This document shows positions 38,483 through 51,580 of a stretch of DNA of 64,000 nucleotides, piece by piece. A program made the position numbers and the translations under genes. The DNA is from Octopus vulgaris (taxonomy: Eukaryota): assembly GCA_951406725.2 (NCBI GenBank), contig OX597815.1, forward strand, positions 159,154,001 through 159,218,000, given 5' to 3'. The notes under the pieces are model-generated. The model searched no databases. It was not told the origin of the DNA and worked only from the letters and a program-made list of their open reading frames with translations. How positions within the stretch are numbered: position 1 is the stretch's first letter; each line of letters opens with the position of its first letter.

Positions 38483-38741
38483 AGGGAGAGTTTACGAAAA
38501 AAAAAAAGACGGAGACAGGTGGTGTACAAAACAAACAGATGTATTAGTATAATGCTCAGGAATAGAAAAAGTCTTTTACGTTTCGAGCCTACGCTCTTCT
38601 ACAGAAAGGGACACAGAAAAAACAAGGAGAGAAACAAGGAGAGGAAAAAAGGAGAGAAAAAATATTAAATATATGCTTATTAGTGTTTCTACAGAAACAC
38701 TAACAAGCATATATTTAATATTTTTTCTCTCTTTTTTTCCT
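38483..38741 (-). mobile_element. Short PLE-like element with a hammerhead-like motif and an adjacent ~49-bp-arm palindrome
   Basis: Minus 38608-38573: CTTT-CTGTAGA-A-GAGC(GTAG)GCTC-GAAA-CG-TA-AAAG; palindrome at 38642-38741. Confidence 0.6.
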
Positions 38742-39420
38742 GCTCACTTCCAAAAGAAAAGAGAGAGAGAGAAAGAAAACAAGAGAAAGAAAGAGAGATG
38801 ACGATGATGATGATCCCGATGAGCAGTTATTACCATAAATCAGTAGTTAAAAACAAATGAACACAGTTCTTTAGAAAGAATGAATGAAAGAGTAGAGTAC
38901 AATAGAGAATGGGTATGAGTTAAGCAGAGAGCATAAACAACACGAGTGTCTTGCTTGCTATCAAGAGCTAAATTGAAAATTCAAGATTTTTCTCATTTCT
39001 GCCATCAAATAACTTATGTAAACTGACAAATCAGTGTTTATATTTAAGAAAGGGTGTATATAAACAGTTAGCAGAATGAAATACACACAGCAACACATGG
39101 ATACAGATACTCACAATCAAATGCTTGGAATATTTTAAAGCAGAAAAAAAAAGAAAAAAATCTACACATATATTCTTCTATTCTTTTGCTGGGTTTCAGT
39201 CATTGGACTGTGGCCATGCTGGTGCACTGACTTGAAAGGTGTAGTCAACCGCATCGCCACCCCTGCTACCCTATACTTATATCAGGCTGGTCCTTAACTT
39301 ATCGAGCTTTATTTGTTGGACTGTTAAGTTTTGAGACGTAAAGGGACGCTAATATAAATTGCTCCAGCTTTCATATCACATGATCATAAATGTGGTAAGA
39401 AGCTTGTTTCCCAGCCACAT

Positions 39421-40219
39421 GGAGAATACCTTGGTAGATAAAGCAATTAAGGGTATGAAGACAGGGAAAGCCCCCAGCCCATCAGGAATCACCACAGAGA
39501 TGTTCAAAATATCTGGTGGTGTCAGCTATAGCCTAATCACCCGTATAGTTAACCAGGTGATACATGAAGGAGTCATACCCAATGACTTGTGTAGCAGTAG
39601 TCAACTGCTACAAAGGTAAAGGAGGCGCTTTAGATACAAATAATTACAGAGGTATCAAGTTGTTGGATCAGGTAATGAATGTCACAGAGAGGATCATAGC
39701 CCAACTAATTAGAGAGAGAGTCGGTCTAGATGAGATGCAGTTTGGGTTTGTGCCAGGGAAAAGCAACACTGATGCTACATTATTGGTAAGACAGCTGCAA
39801 GAGAAATGCCTAGCCAAAGATAAACCTCTGTACTTGGCTTTCATTGACATGGAGAAAGCCTTTGACAAGGTCCCCCGATCCCTTATCTAGTGGTCAATGA
39901 GGAAACTAGGGATAGAGTGCTGTGCAAGCCATGTACAGGGATGCTGTCAGTAAGGTGAGGGTTGGTAACAAGAACAGTGAAGAATTCTGGGTAGGGGTAG
40001 GGATCCACCAAGGATCAGTCCTCAGCCTCTCTTATTCATCATAGTCCTCCGGGCAATAACAGAGGAATTCAAGACAGGATGCCCCTGGGAGCTCCTCTAT
40101 GCCGATGACCTTGCTCTAATTGCTGAGTCACTATCAGAACTAGACGAAAAGTTTCAGGTGTGGAAGCAGGGATTAGAACTGAAGGTCCTTAGAGTCAAAC
40201 TAGCTAAAACCAAAGTCCC
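39421..40219 (+). pseudogene. RTE-clade LINE reverse transcriptase internal fragment
   Basis: MKTGKAPSPSGI, YKGKG..NYRGIKLL, QFGFVPG, AFIDMEKAFDKV, GIHQGSVLS, LLYADDLAL, KTKV; contains frameshifts and a stop. Confidence 0.93.
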
Positions 40220-40320
40220 AATGTGTGGCATCTGGGGCAAGTGCCTTCTACTATCACCTAGGGTTGGCCAAAGCCTTGTCAGTGGATTTGGTAGATGGAA
40301 ACCAAAAGAAGCCCATCATA

Positions 40321-40362
<42 letters not shown>

Positions 40363-40367
<5 letters not shown>

Positions 40368-40594
40368 CTTTACTACCCACAAGGGGCTAAACACAGAGGG
40401 GACAAACAAGGACAGACAAAGGGATTAAGTCGACTACATCGACCCCAGTGCGTAACTGGTACTTAATTTATCGACCCCGAAAGGATGAAAGGCAAAGTCG
40501 ACCTCGGCGGAATTTGAACTCGGAACGTAACGACAGACGAAATACGGCTACGAATTTCGCCCGGCGTGCTAACGTTTCTACCAGCTCGCCGCCT
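40363..40594 (-). mobile_element. SINE family B, young CpG-rich copy
   Basis: Full unit with many intact CpGs, set in (TA)n. Confidence 0.88.
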
Positions 40595-40761
40595 TATATA
40601 TATATAATATATAAGAAAATAGGATGATAAATTAGCTTACAACTGTTTCTGTTATATGATGCAGTGGAATTGTGCAATGATTGAGCGATATATATACATA
40701 TATATATATATATGTAATTGGTAAAAATAGTAAAACCTTACTGACACATATATATATATAT

Positions 40762-40880
40762 AGTCAAATCAAATGAATGAACATGAAAAATAACAATAAC
40801 AAACAAGAGGACATGCATAGTTTGATGCTCCGTAAGAGAGAGTTTTTGACGTTTCGAGCACAGCTCTTTGTCAGGAATGT
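40762..40880 (-). mobile_element. Short (TA)n-embedded element with a hammerhead-like motif
   Basis: Minus 40877-40845: TTC-CTGACAA-A-GAGC(TGT)GCTC-GAAA-CG-TC-AAA. Confidence 0.6.
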
Positions 40881-41059
40881 ATATATATATATATATATTC
40901 AAATGTGAAGTAGAAGCTCTACTAGTACAATAAGCATTATTGACCGCAGATACTTAATTTATGAGCTCTATGCATTTGGCAGTAGGTAGTGATTTAGTGT
41001 GGTGGAAATTAATCTCTAAGGTCATGGACAGGTGAAACAGGTGGGTGAGTTGTCTTTTG

Positions 41060-41845
41060 GAGGCAGGGCTAAGTTGAGTACATCAACCCCCAGTGTTCAG
41101 CTAGAATTATGTTATTGATCCCAAAAGGAAGAAAGGCGAAGTTAACCTCAATGGAATTTAAACTCAAAAAGTAAAGCTGAAAGAAATGTTACTAAGCATT
41201 TTGCCAGTGTGCTAATGATTCTGCCAACTCATTGCCTTAATCACAACAACAACAGTTTCTGGTTTAGGCACAATGCCAGCAATTTTGAGGGGGAGAAAGA
41301 GAAGTTCATTGATACCAGTTCTAAACTGATACTTTATTTTATCAGCCCTGGAAGGATGAACGGTGAAACGGACCATGGCGGGAATTGAACCTGGAACATA
41401 ATGAATCAAGGAAATATCACAAGGCACTTTTTCTGATTCTCTAGGGAATCAGCTAAATCACTGCTCTTTATAATTGTTTCTGACACAGAAACAAGGCCTC
41501 TTGAGGGACCAACTGAATAAACTGACCCCTCTATTGACCTTGAAAGCATGAAAGGTGAAATTGACCATAGCAGGATTTGAACTCAGAATATAAAGAGCTG
41601 TTAATAAAATACAGCAAGGTATTTTCTTCAATGCTCTACTGATTCTTCTAATCTACTGCCTGTTTTTAATTATTTCTAACTTAGGGAACAAAACCTCAAA
41701 ATTTATCAGGGGGTGGGAGTGGTGAATTAGTCAAATCAATTCTAGTGCTTGATTAGTAAAATGTTATTTTATCGACACCCTGGAAGGATGAAAGGTAAAG
41801 GTGAACTCAGCAGGATCTGTAAGTTAGAATGTGAAGAGCTGTAAC
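41060..41845 (-). mobile_element. Head-to-tail array of about four old SINE B-like copies
   Basis: Repeated GAAGGATGAAAGGTGAA.TTGACC..GGATTTGAACTCAGAA units about every 200 bp. Confidence 0.7.
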
Positions 41846-42462
41846 TAAATACAGATAATAATGATAATGATGATGATGATGATGATGATAATGATAACAA
41901 TGTTGATGATAATACTAATAATAATGATGATGATCATCATCATCATCACGATAACGACAACAACAACAACGCAGCCAACACTGTTGTGACTCATGCAGAA
42001 AACGAGAGAATCACGCAGCACAATGTCAAATGCGACATTTGAAGGTCTCAAAAATTTAATTGGAAGCCAACAACAGTACAGAATGTCATAATTCCAGCAG
42101 CTCCCTATTCTCTGCTATCTGCCAAGAAGCTTGTCATCTGCAAATAACATGTCAGCTCTCTCTCTCTCTCTCTTACTCTCTCTCTCTCAGTTTTGTACCC
42201 ATTTTGATTCCATTCCAATTTTCTCCTGGTTTATTCTTATTCTTCAGTAATCCTTGCTTGCTGTACGTACGTATGTATAAAGTTATACACACACACACAC
42301 ACACACATCTGCATGTGTATACGTGATGAATGCATGTATGTGTCTGCATGTGAGTGTGTGTATAAACACTTGTGTACATGACAGTGACAATATGTTATAT
42401 ATATATACACATACACACATTCATATGTATTCATATCCACAAACACATGCACATATCTATGA

Positions 42463-42502
<40 letters not shown>

Positions 42503-42699
42503 GCACACACATACATACATATGTATTCATATCCAAATACATGCATATTAGGGATACATACAAACACACATACAGATACAAACCCACATATACACATATA
42601 CTAATGCATGGATACATATGAATACAGACAAGCATAAAATATAAATTTATGCATGCTCACACATACACAAAGAAGATATAAGCTAGGAGATATAATTGG

Positions 42700-42756
<57 letters not shown>

Positions 42757-42915
42757 TACATATATACATACATATATACATACATATATACATACATATA
42801 TTTATACATATATATATACATATATACATATATATATATATACATATACACATACATATACACATATATATACACATATATATACACATATATATATACA
42901 CATATATATATACAC

Positions 42916-42972
<57 letters not shown>

Positions 42973-42985
42973 AATATATATATAA
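42700..42985. repeat. (TA)n/(TACA)n microsatellite
   Basis: Directly visible. Confidence 0.95.
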
Positions 42986-43468
42986 TATTGAAGACAGTAC
43001 ACATTCTGTTGATGGCCCCCAAATATGCTTGGCTAAGTGTGAATATCGGTACATGATGCTGTATGTATGAATAATGAATGTATAAAGAAATCGTCTATTG
43101 GAAAACATGTTTGTTTGCAGTTTTTCCTATCTGCATTTGCGGGTTTGAAAGCAGGAAAGCAACACACATATAGAAGAAGTACATATGTATTTATGTATGC
43201 GTGTATGTATGTATACATGAATATATGGTTTACATAAACATACAATCAAACAGTAAAAAAAAAACCCCGAAAAAACCCCCCAAAAAAGCTTGAATAAAAA
43301 CGTATAAAATAACAAAGAAATATGTATCTTTTGCAGGTTTCCACATGTGATTCTGTTGATCATGTAGGTCTTCATTTTCATGTACATGTGTGAAGAAGAA
43401 GCAACTGATATGAATGCTATAACATACATACAAGATATATATATGTATATATATACATACACATAAAT

Positions 43469-43501
<33 letters not shown>

Positions 43502-44207
43502 CATACATACATACAACACACACACACACACATACTCCTTTGTATCTTGAGAATTTCCATCCGCATTAGGCAGGAATTTCCCTTTAGTTGTAGGTATTGA
43601 TTATATAAATTTACACACACATATACACACACATAAACATGTGTGTTTGGAAAGGAAAATTAATTCACTCTGCTAAAGATTTTCATTATATTACATATGA
43701 TGTGTAATGACCTTGAGCTTCACTTAGAAATGTATGGCTATAAGATAGATATATGTACATTATATATGTGCATGTTTGTATGTGCATAAATACACACACA
43801 CACACAACATATGTATACACACATACTGCATTATCATAAGAATTAAAGGAAAGTGATAGAAGAAAAAAAAGAGAAAATATTGAAAAAAATAAAAAAAAGA
43901 AAGAAAAACATGTGAGGGAGAGACAAAGAGATAGGAAGAAAATAAGTATCCAAATGCAAGAATTTTCTTACAAAAAATACAAGAAAAATACAAAATTGCG
44001 TAACCCCACCCACCAAAAACAACACACATAAACATACAAAATAAAAAACAAAACCATTAAAAATATACTTTCATATGGAAAAGGAAATGAAAACAAACAT
44101 TTTATATTCTATTGACTTCCTGTAGATGACATAAAGTACACAATTAAAGAACACCTATTCCTCTTCTCCCATTTGCTGAGCTGTTTCATGGTATTTCATC
44201 TTATACT

Positions 44208-44240
<33 letters not shown>

Positions 44241-44351
44241 TGTTATTTTATCCCTTTATTACCATTATTATTATTATTTTCATTATTATTATTATTATGT
44301 ATCTTTATATTAGCCCTTGTGGCCAATCAAAGAAATAATAATTATTATTAT

Positions 44352-44401
<50 letters not shown>

Positions 44402-44735
44402 TTCGATTTTTTACTTTTAATTTTCATCATTCCATTCCATGTAAGCACCCCATCACATTTATGTCCGTCTTTGTATTGTTTTCCTTCATTCGTCACCCTG
44501 GTGGCAAATAAAAGTAATCATTATCATCATGATCATTATTATTATTATTATTATTATTACCATTATTATTATTGATATACACTTTCATTTTCACTCTTCA
44601 TTATTCTGTTCTTTTATAACTCCCCACCCACACTTTATATCCTTCTTTGTACTGTTTTCCCTCATCCGTCATCCTGGTGGCAAATAAAAGAAATTATTAT
44701 TGCTATTAGCATTACTATTATCATCATCATCATCA

Positions 44736-44770
<35 letters not shown>

Positions 44771-45274
44771 GTTATTGTTATTGTTATTATTATCATCATT
44801 AGTATTATTATTATTTTCCATTATTCACCTTCTTTTCTGAAGAATCGTTGAGAAATGATAGCCGATCATTTTCAGCATTTGATGGTAGTGGTGGTGAGGA
44901 AATGAATTCCATTCCAACAGAGAGAAACAGAGATTTGCATGCATGCATGCATGGAATATGATAACATAGTAAGTGAAGCTTATTTGTGTGAAATAAAACA
45001 CAGCTTTTATGATATAATACATAAGGTGTTAAAAAATATATAATAAATAATAGCTGTAGATACAAGCATGGCAGTGTGAACATACAGTTCATTTGGTATT
45101 CAGGTGGTTTCGGTTCCCATTGCATAGCGTGTCAGTTTGGGAGAGTGTCTTCTACTACTACAGCTGAGGGCTGAAGGCTGACCAATGTGTCATGAGTGGA
45201 ATTGGAAAATGGAAACTGTATGGAAGCCTGTTGTGAGTGGGAGCATTTCACATCTTCGCACGAGTAGTGATTTT

Positions 45275-45780
45275 TACATGGCACCAACACTAGTGTTTTT
45301 TATATGGAACCAGCACCCACACCAATGTAAAAGCATTGGTGTGGGTGCTGGTGCCACATCAAAAGTACTGGTGCTAGTTTCGCATAAGAAGTGCTGATGC
45401 TGGTCTCACATAAAAAAGCACCGGTGCTGGTGCTATGTAAAAAGCATTGGTACTGGTGCCACGTAAAAAAGCACAGGTGCTAGTTCTATGAAAAGCACTG
45501 GTGATGGTGCCACAGGGAAACACTGGTGTTAGTTCTATGTAATAAGCACTAGTGCTGGTGCCATGTAAAAGCACTGGTGGTGGTGCCATGTAAAAAGCAT
45601 TGGTAATAGCTTCACATGAAAAACCCTGGTGCTGGTGCACATAAAAAGCACTGGTGCTACGTAAAGTGCATTGGGGCTAGTTCTATGTAAAAAGCACTGA
45701 TGCTGGTGCTACATAAAAAGCACTGATACTGGTACCATGTAAGAAGCACTGGTGATGGTGTCATGTAAAAAACACCCAGC
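45275..45780 (+). repeat. Minisatellite of about 20 degenerate ~24-bp units (GCACTGGTGCTGGTGCCATGTAAAAA) expanded inside an RTE 3'-UTR copy
   Basis: Units are directly visible and run into the RTE tail ACACTCTGTAAAGTGGTTG..AGGAAGGG. Confidence 0.85.
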
Positions 45781-45870
45781 ACACTCTGTAAAGTGGTTGA
45801 TGTTAGGAAGGGAATTCAGCAGTAGAAACAGATTATGGAGCCTTGTGTGGCCTTGGCCTTGCCAGTTCCT

Positions 45871-46321
45871 TATTTCTTTATTGCCCACAAGGGGCTAAAC
45901 ATAAAGGGGACAAACAAGGACAGACAAAGGGACTAAGTCGATTACATCAACCCCAGTGCGTAACTGGTACTTAATTTATCGACCCCAAAAGGATGAAAGG
46001 CAAAGTCAACCTCAGTGGAATTTGAACTCAGAATGTAATGACAAATGAAATACTGCTAAGCATTTTGCCTGGAGTGCTAACATTTCTTATTTCTTTACTG
46101 CCCACAAGGGGCTAAACACAGTGAGGACAAACAAGGACAGACAAACAGATTAAGTCGATTATATCGACCCCAGTGCGTAACTGGTACTTATTTAATCAAC
46201 CGCCGAAAGGATGAAAGGCAAAGTCAACCTCGGTGGAATTTGAACTCAGAACATAACAGCAGACGAAATGTCGCTAAGTATTTCGCCCGGCATGCTAATG
46301 TTTCTGCCAGCTCACTGCCAT
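45871..46321 (-). mobile_element. SINE B dimer flanked by the 9-bp direct repeat CCAGTTCCT
   Basis: CCAGTTCCT at 45862-45870 and 46322-46330; the host RTE tail resumes afterwards. Confidence 0.8.
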
Positions 46322-47267
46322 CCAGTTCCTGTCAAGACATCTAACTCATGCCAGCATAGAAAGCAGACATAAAATGTTGTGGTGATGATGATGATGGTGT
46401 GAACTCTCTTATCGTAAGCAAAATTTGATGGTTCTGCAATTTCATGCTGAACAACCTGCACAGATAGTTTGTCTAAAGTGACCAAATGTTTGTACAGTGT
46501 ATTAGTTTAGCTTACTCCCTCCATTAAATTGACATTACCTGTACAGGTGCACATTATGACATATGTCAGTTGTCCAAGTGATCACGGAGTAATGTGAAAC
46601 AGAATGTTTTGTTCAAGAACCCAATGCACCACCTGGTCTAGAAACTGAAACCCTGATCTTGCAATTTTGAGTACAACACTCTAACCACTTGGGTAGGCAT
46701 CTTCACATCGTATTTTAACCTTTTAGTGTTCAGATTATTCTGTCAAATGTGATGTTTGTTTATTTATATTATTTTGAATTAATCATGCATTATCTTGTAG
46801 TTTAGAGATTTCAGTGATGTGATCTTTTAGTTCTAGAATGACATGGTAGGGCTGAGGTGTGAGGCGAGATCTGGGCAGTTTCAATATAAAACAGGTAAAA
46901 TGTTTTGGCCGGATATGGCTGGTTTGAATGCTAAAGGATTAAACAGTGGGGTGTAACTAAAAGGAGATTTGGCAGATCAAGCAGTCATGCAGATGGCCAT
47001 CCATGGCTAGTGTTTTTACAAGCCACCTACCATATTTTCTAGCATACAAGTTGAATTTTTCAGACCAAAATTTACAGCCGAAAGAATAAGGGTTAAATAT
47101 GAATACTTAAAAAGTGAGCTTTTCATAAATTGAACCAAAGGTAGGTGGGATAGGTACCAAAAAAGTTAAATGATTTCTAGCTAAAGGACTGTCAACACTA
47201 TACTATATACAGATTGTTTTTTAACCAAATATATTAAAGTTTGCTATTCTCTCACTCAATCCGACTT

Positions 47268-47302
<35 letters not shown>

Positions 47303-48758
47303 AAGATAAGAAAGAACAATCCACTTCAAGCACTTGAAATCACCATATTTTCCAGCATGTGAGATGAAGCTTTCAGGATAAAATTTGCAGCCAAAAACGG
47401 TAGGTCAACATATACTAAAATAATTTTGGAGGACCAAAAATTCCATGTCAAATAAAGCAAGAAGACAGTGATGATGTTTGAATGTTTACACAACATGTTT
47501 ACACTATATAGTACGTTGACTAGCACTAGTGACTAGCATGCTGGAAAATACAGTTTCAACAAAAATATTGTGCTAAAAACGAAAAATAAAGTGGTAAAAA
47601 TGGAAAGACTCTGGTGAAATGTTTATAGTAGATGGATTTAACCAGTTAATTGTTTAATGATGCTATGAAACATCTGGGTGTTGTTTAGCTTCAAGAAAGC
47701 TCTGGTTATGAAGATCAATAGTCAATGGCAACCCAGCCATGACCATTTGTTCTATTTTTCGAACAAAGTTCAACTAATATTATATCATTCAATGTAAAGG
47801 GTAAAGACCCTCTTCTGTCATGAATGACAATGGGATTACACCAAGAAAGTTCCCCTCGGAGGCACAAGTACGGGCAAGGTTGTTTGCGGAAGACCAACAA
47901 TCGCCCGTGCATACCAGCTTCCCCTCTCCATGCTATTATATGTACTTAGGGTATAGGGTAAAGGACCCCTCACATCATGAGGTATAAGTTCAGGCAAGGT
48001 AGTTTATGGAAGACCAGCAGATGCCCATGCATACCTGCCTCCCTTCTCCAAGCCACCAATGTTATCCAAGGGAAAGGCAAATACAGCTTAGCAGCAGTGA
48101 CACTGCAACTCATTTCTACAGCTAAGTGAACTGGTGCAACATGAAATAAAGTGTTTTGCTCAAGAACACAACATAGAGCCCAGCCCAGGAATTGAACTCA
48201 CTACTTCATGATTGTGATGATGTTAAAAATGATGATGAAGATAATGATTGATCTGAGACTATGGAAGAACGCACTTGCTCAAGGTGCTACACATTAGAAC
48301 CAAACCAGTACCTATAAAGACTTGATGGCCATGTCTAGAGTGTTTAACAAATGGGTGTTTTGGGATTAAAATCAACGAAAGAGTGTTTTGGGTTTAAACA
48401 ACAATAACATTGGCAGCCATCATATCTTTTCATAAAGACATTGTAACAGTAGCTTATAACTTAAAGAACCAAAGTAGTTTTACAACTGAGTGAAAAAAAA
48501 AAAAAGGGAAAAAAGAGCGTGAAGAAGATGACAGTGTTCTCTGTGGATACTTTTACATAAACAAGACTAGCTGGTTTCTGATGATGTACTTTAGACTATG
48601 AAATGGTTGATAGTAACTATAACTAAAGTATAAAAGTAGCCACCATGAACTCAGTGGCCTATCAAATTGATGTAAGCTGATATAAAAGCACTTCTGCTAA
48701 AACAGAGCAAATCAATCTTTAAAGCGAGTAATATAATATAAACAGAGAGAGAGAGAGG

Positions 48759-48920
<162 letters not shown>

Positions 48921-49238
48921 TTGCAAGATTGATAAGGAGACCGATAGATATCGAAAGATAAATATTGAAAAATAGATAAATAGATAGATAGATAAATAGA
49001 GAGATATATAGACAGAGAGATAGATAGATATATAGATAGATATATAAATAGAAGGCTAGATAGAGAGAGAGAGAAATAAGGAAAGAGATACAGTGAAAAG
49101 AAGCAACATTTCAGTAGGATCATAGCATAAGATAAAGAAAATTGGAAATAAAGAGACAGACTAATCAGAGAGTACTTAACCTATCAAAGTGGCTCGCTAA
49201 GTATTAAAACAGTTTGGTTCAGTTTGATACAAGAAACA

Positions 49239-49326
49239 TTAAGAGAATAATGGAAAGCTGGAATACAAGCTGATGTCAGAGCAAGGGCAAGGTGGATGTA
49301 TTCTAATATCATTCGATGTTGTTTTG
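49239..49326 (-). CDS. Candidate terminal coding exon (KTTSNDIRIHPPCPCSDISLYSSFPLFS*)
   Basis: Strong acceptor ccccttattttcttatttgtag; phase-compatible with the candidate exon 50618-50690. Confidence 0.3.
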
Positions 49327-49537
49327 CTACAAATAAGAAAATAAGGGGAGATGTGGTAGTGCCGTTATAAGGAATAAATATGATTAGCTATTATCACACA
49401 ATACATCAGCTTTGTCAACTGTGAGTAGACTTTCTCTCTTAATGATACTCTCCTCAATCTGATATTAGACACTGACCTTTGAATAGCAGATATCTTATAA
49501 ATGCAGAGTATGCACATACACATATATGTATGAGTGC

Positions 49538-49812
49538 ACACAGATATGCAAGTCACTATCTCTCTCCTCCTCTCTCCCGCGCACAGCTGGACACATCCTC
49601 TCACACATTTTTATACACACACACACACACACACATACACATGTGTTTGCACATACAGATATGCAAGCCACTATCTCTCCCCCACTTCTCTCTCATGCAC
49701 AGATGGACAAATCTTGCTACACAGTTTTACTTCCATCCCCACACACATGTGCACACAGATATGCAAGCCACTATCTCTTACCACCTCTCTCTCATGCAGA
49801 TGGACAAATCCC
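49538..49812. repeat. Three ~105-bp tandem repeats
   Basis: CACAGATATGCAAG(T/C)CACTATCTCT...CAG(A/C)TGGACA x3. Confidence 0.8.
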
Positions 49813-49900
49813 CCACCACACACAAAGTGTAGCAAAATTTACCCTGGTTTAGCAAATTTATGATAAAAAGCATTCCAACTATGACCATCCTGTCATCCTC

Positions 49901-50116
49901 TTTCTCTTTTTCTCTTTTACTTATTTCAGTCATTTGACTGCGGCCATGCTCGAGCACTGCCTTTAGTCAAGCAAATCAACCCCAGGACTTATTGTTTGTA
50001 AGCCTAGTACTTATTCTATCGGTCTCTTTTGCCGAATCGCTAAGTTACGGGGATGTAAACACACCAGCATCGGTTGTCAAGCGATGTTGGGGAGACAAGC
50101 ACAGACACACAAACAT

Positions 50117-50153
<37 letters not shown>

Positions 50154-50309
50154 CGACAGGCTTCTTTCCGTTTCCGTCTACCAAATCCACTCACAAAGCT
50201 CTGGTCGGCCCGAGGCTATAGTAGAAGACACTTGCTCAAGGTGCCATGCAGTGGGACTGAACCCGGAACCATGTGGCTGGTAAGCAAACTACTTACCACA
50301 CAGCCACTT
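49901..50309 (-). mobile_element. SINE family A, near full length
   Basis: Reverse complement of the family consensus. Confidence 0.88.
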
Positions 50310-50617
50310 CTATTTAGAAAGTGTATACAAGACTAAATACATTCTGCTTTTAGACAGTAAGACATCATTTATTTCCAGTCTTCCATGAAAAGACATATGG
50401 GAAATATCACTTTGTTTGGTAACAGGCAGGTAAAGGTTGGCGACAGGAATGGCATCCAGCCATAGAAAAAATTGCATTTGTAATAATGACCAAAAGTGGA
50501 CATTAAATGATGATGATAATGAAGATGATGATGATGATGGTGGTGATGCAGCCTACGCAACAGAACAAGTTGATAGAGTGGCCAGGCAGGAAAACTAATG
50601 AAAACTATAATACTTAC

Positions 50618-50690
50618 GACCTACTGGTTTTGCTTCGGCTGCTGTGGAGCTGTGCATTTTCTATGATTTGTAACTTCTGGAGGACTGCAT
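50618..50690 (-). CDS. Candidate internal exon of an unknown host gene (xAVLQKLQIIENAQLHSSRSKTSR)
   Basis: Long polypyrimidine tract plus ctag acceptor, canonical GTAAGT donor, 73 nt, exactly one open frame. Confidence 0.45.
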
Positions 50691-51526
50691 CTAGGAGGAG
50701 GATGAAAATAAGAAACATCAAAATCAAAATTGAAAGAGAGAAAAAACAAAAACAAAATAAAAAGCATTTTTTTTTCTGTATTTTCTTGCAATGGTTTTAT
50801 GCTTATTTGAACATGTTTGATTTCTTACTGACATTAAGAACATCCCATTTAGTTATTTAGCTATTAATATTATTATTATTATTATTATTTATTCACCCAG
50901 CAGTAAGTCTTACAGTTACGAACATATACTTATTTATTTAAAGCCACTGGCTCACCCTAATCATGAGTTTGCTCACATTCGTGAAATCGTTCAAAGAGAT
51001 GCCTGAATGAACACACAAATGTAACTAATGAGAGAGAGAGAAAGACTAGCTTCCAGTAACTAACTGAACTCTTCCACTTGTATTGAGTGCATTTCCCCTG
51101 TTTGTAAACACACAAAAACAGCTTGTGTCAAAATAGTAAAACGGTTACATCAAAATCAACAAAAATCTTTCCCCGGCAGTTTGCACTGCAATTTACTGAT
51201 GTATTCAAACTTACTAAAATCCAGCATTGGAGACTACATCAAAAGCAATATAGTTTTCTTACATGGGTCACACAAGAGTGGATGATTAGTTATGTGGTTC
51301 TTTCTGTGACCACATGATTTGGTGTTTGGTCCAACTATGCAATTCTTTGAGCAAATGTCTTCTATAAGCTCTGGTTGGCCAATGCTTAGTAAGCAATAAT
51401 TGGAAGATACAACCTGAGTGCTATGCCATTATGTATATTTGTGTGTGTATACATAAAGACACACATATATAATACATACATACATATATACACATATACA
51501 CATATATACATACATATATATATATA

Positions 51527-51580
<54 letters not shown>

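Noticed and set aside
43320-44920. Several exon-like segments (MEFISSPPLPSNAENDRLSFLNDSSEKK, YKMKYHETAQQMGEEE, GNSCLMRMEILKIQR)
   Set aside because: Each has one weak splice site and they do not join into a convincing coding chain.
45275-45780. CRISPR-like array of palindromic repeats
   Set aside because: No unique spacers, degenerate units, eukaryotic context and no cas genes; derived from a LINE 3' UTR.
48623-48680. TATAAAA followed by GCCACCATG and a GTAAGC donor
   Set aside because: The TATA box is only about 10 nt from the ATG and no supporting downstream exon was found; likely chance.
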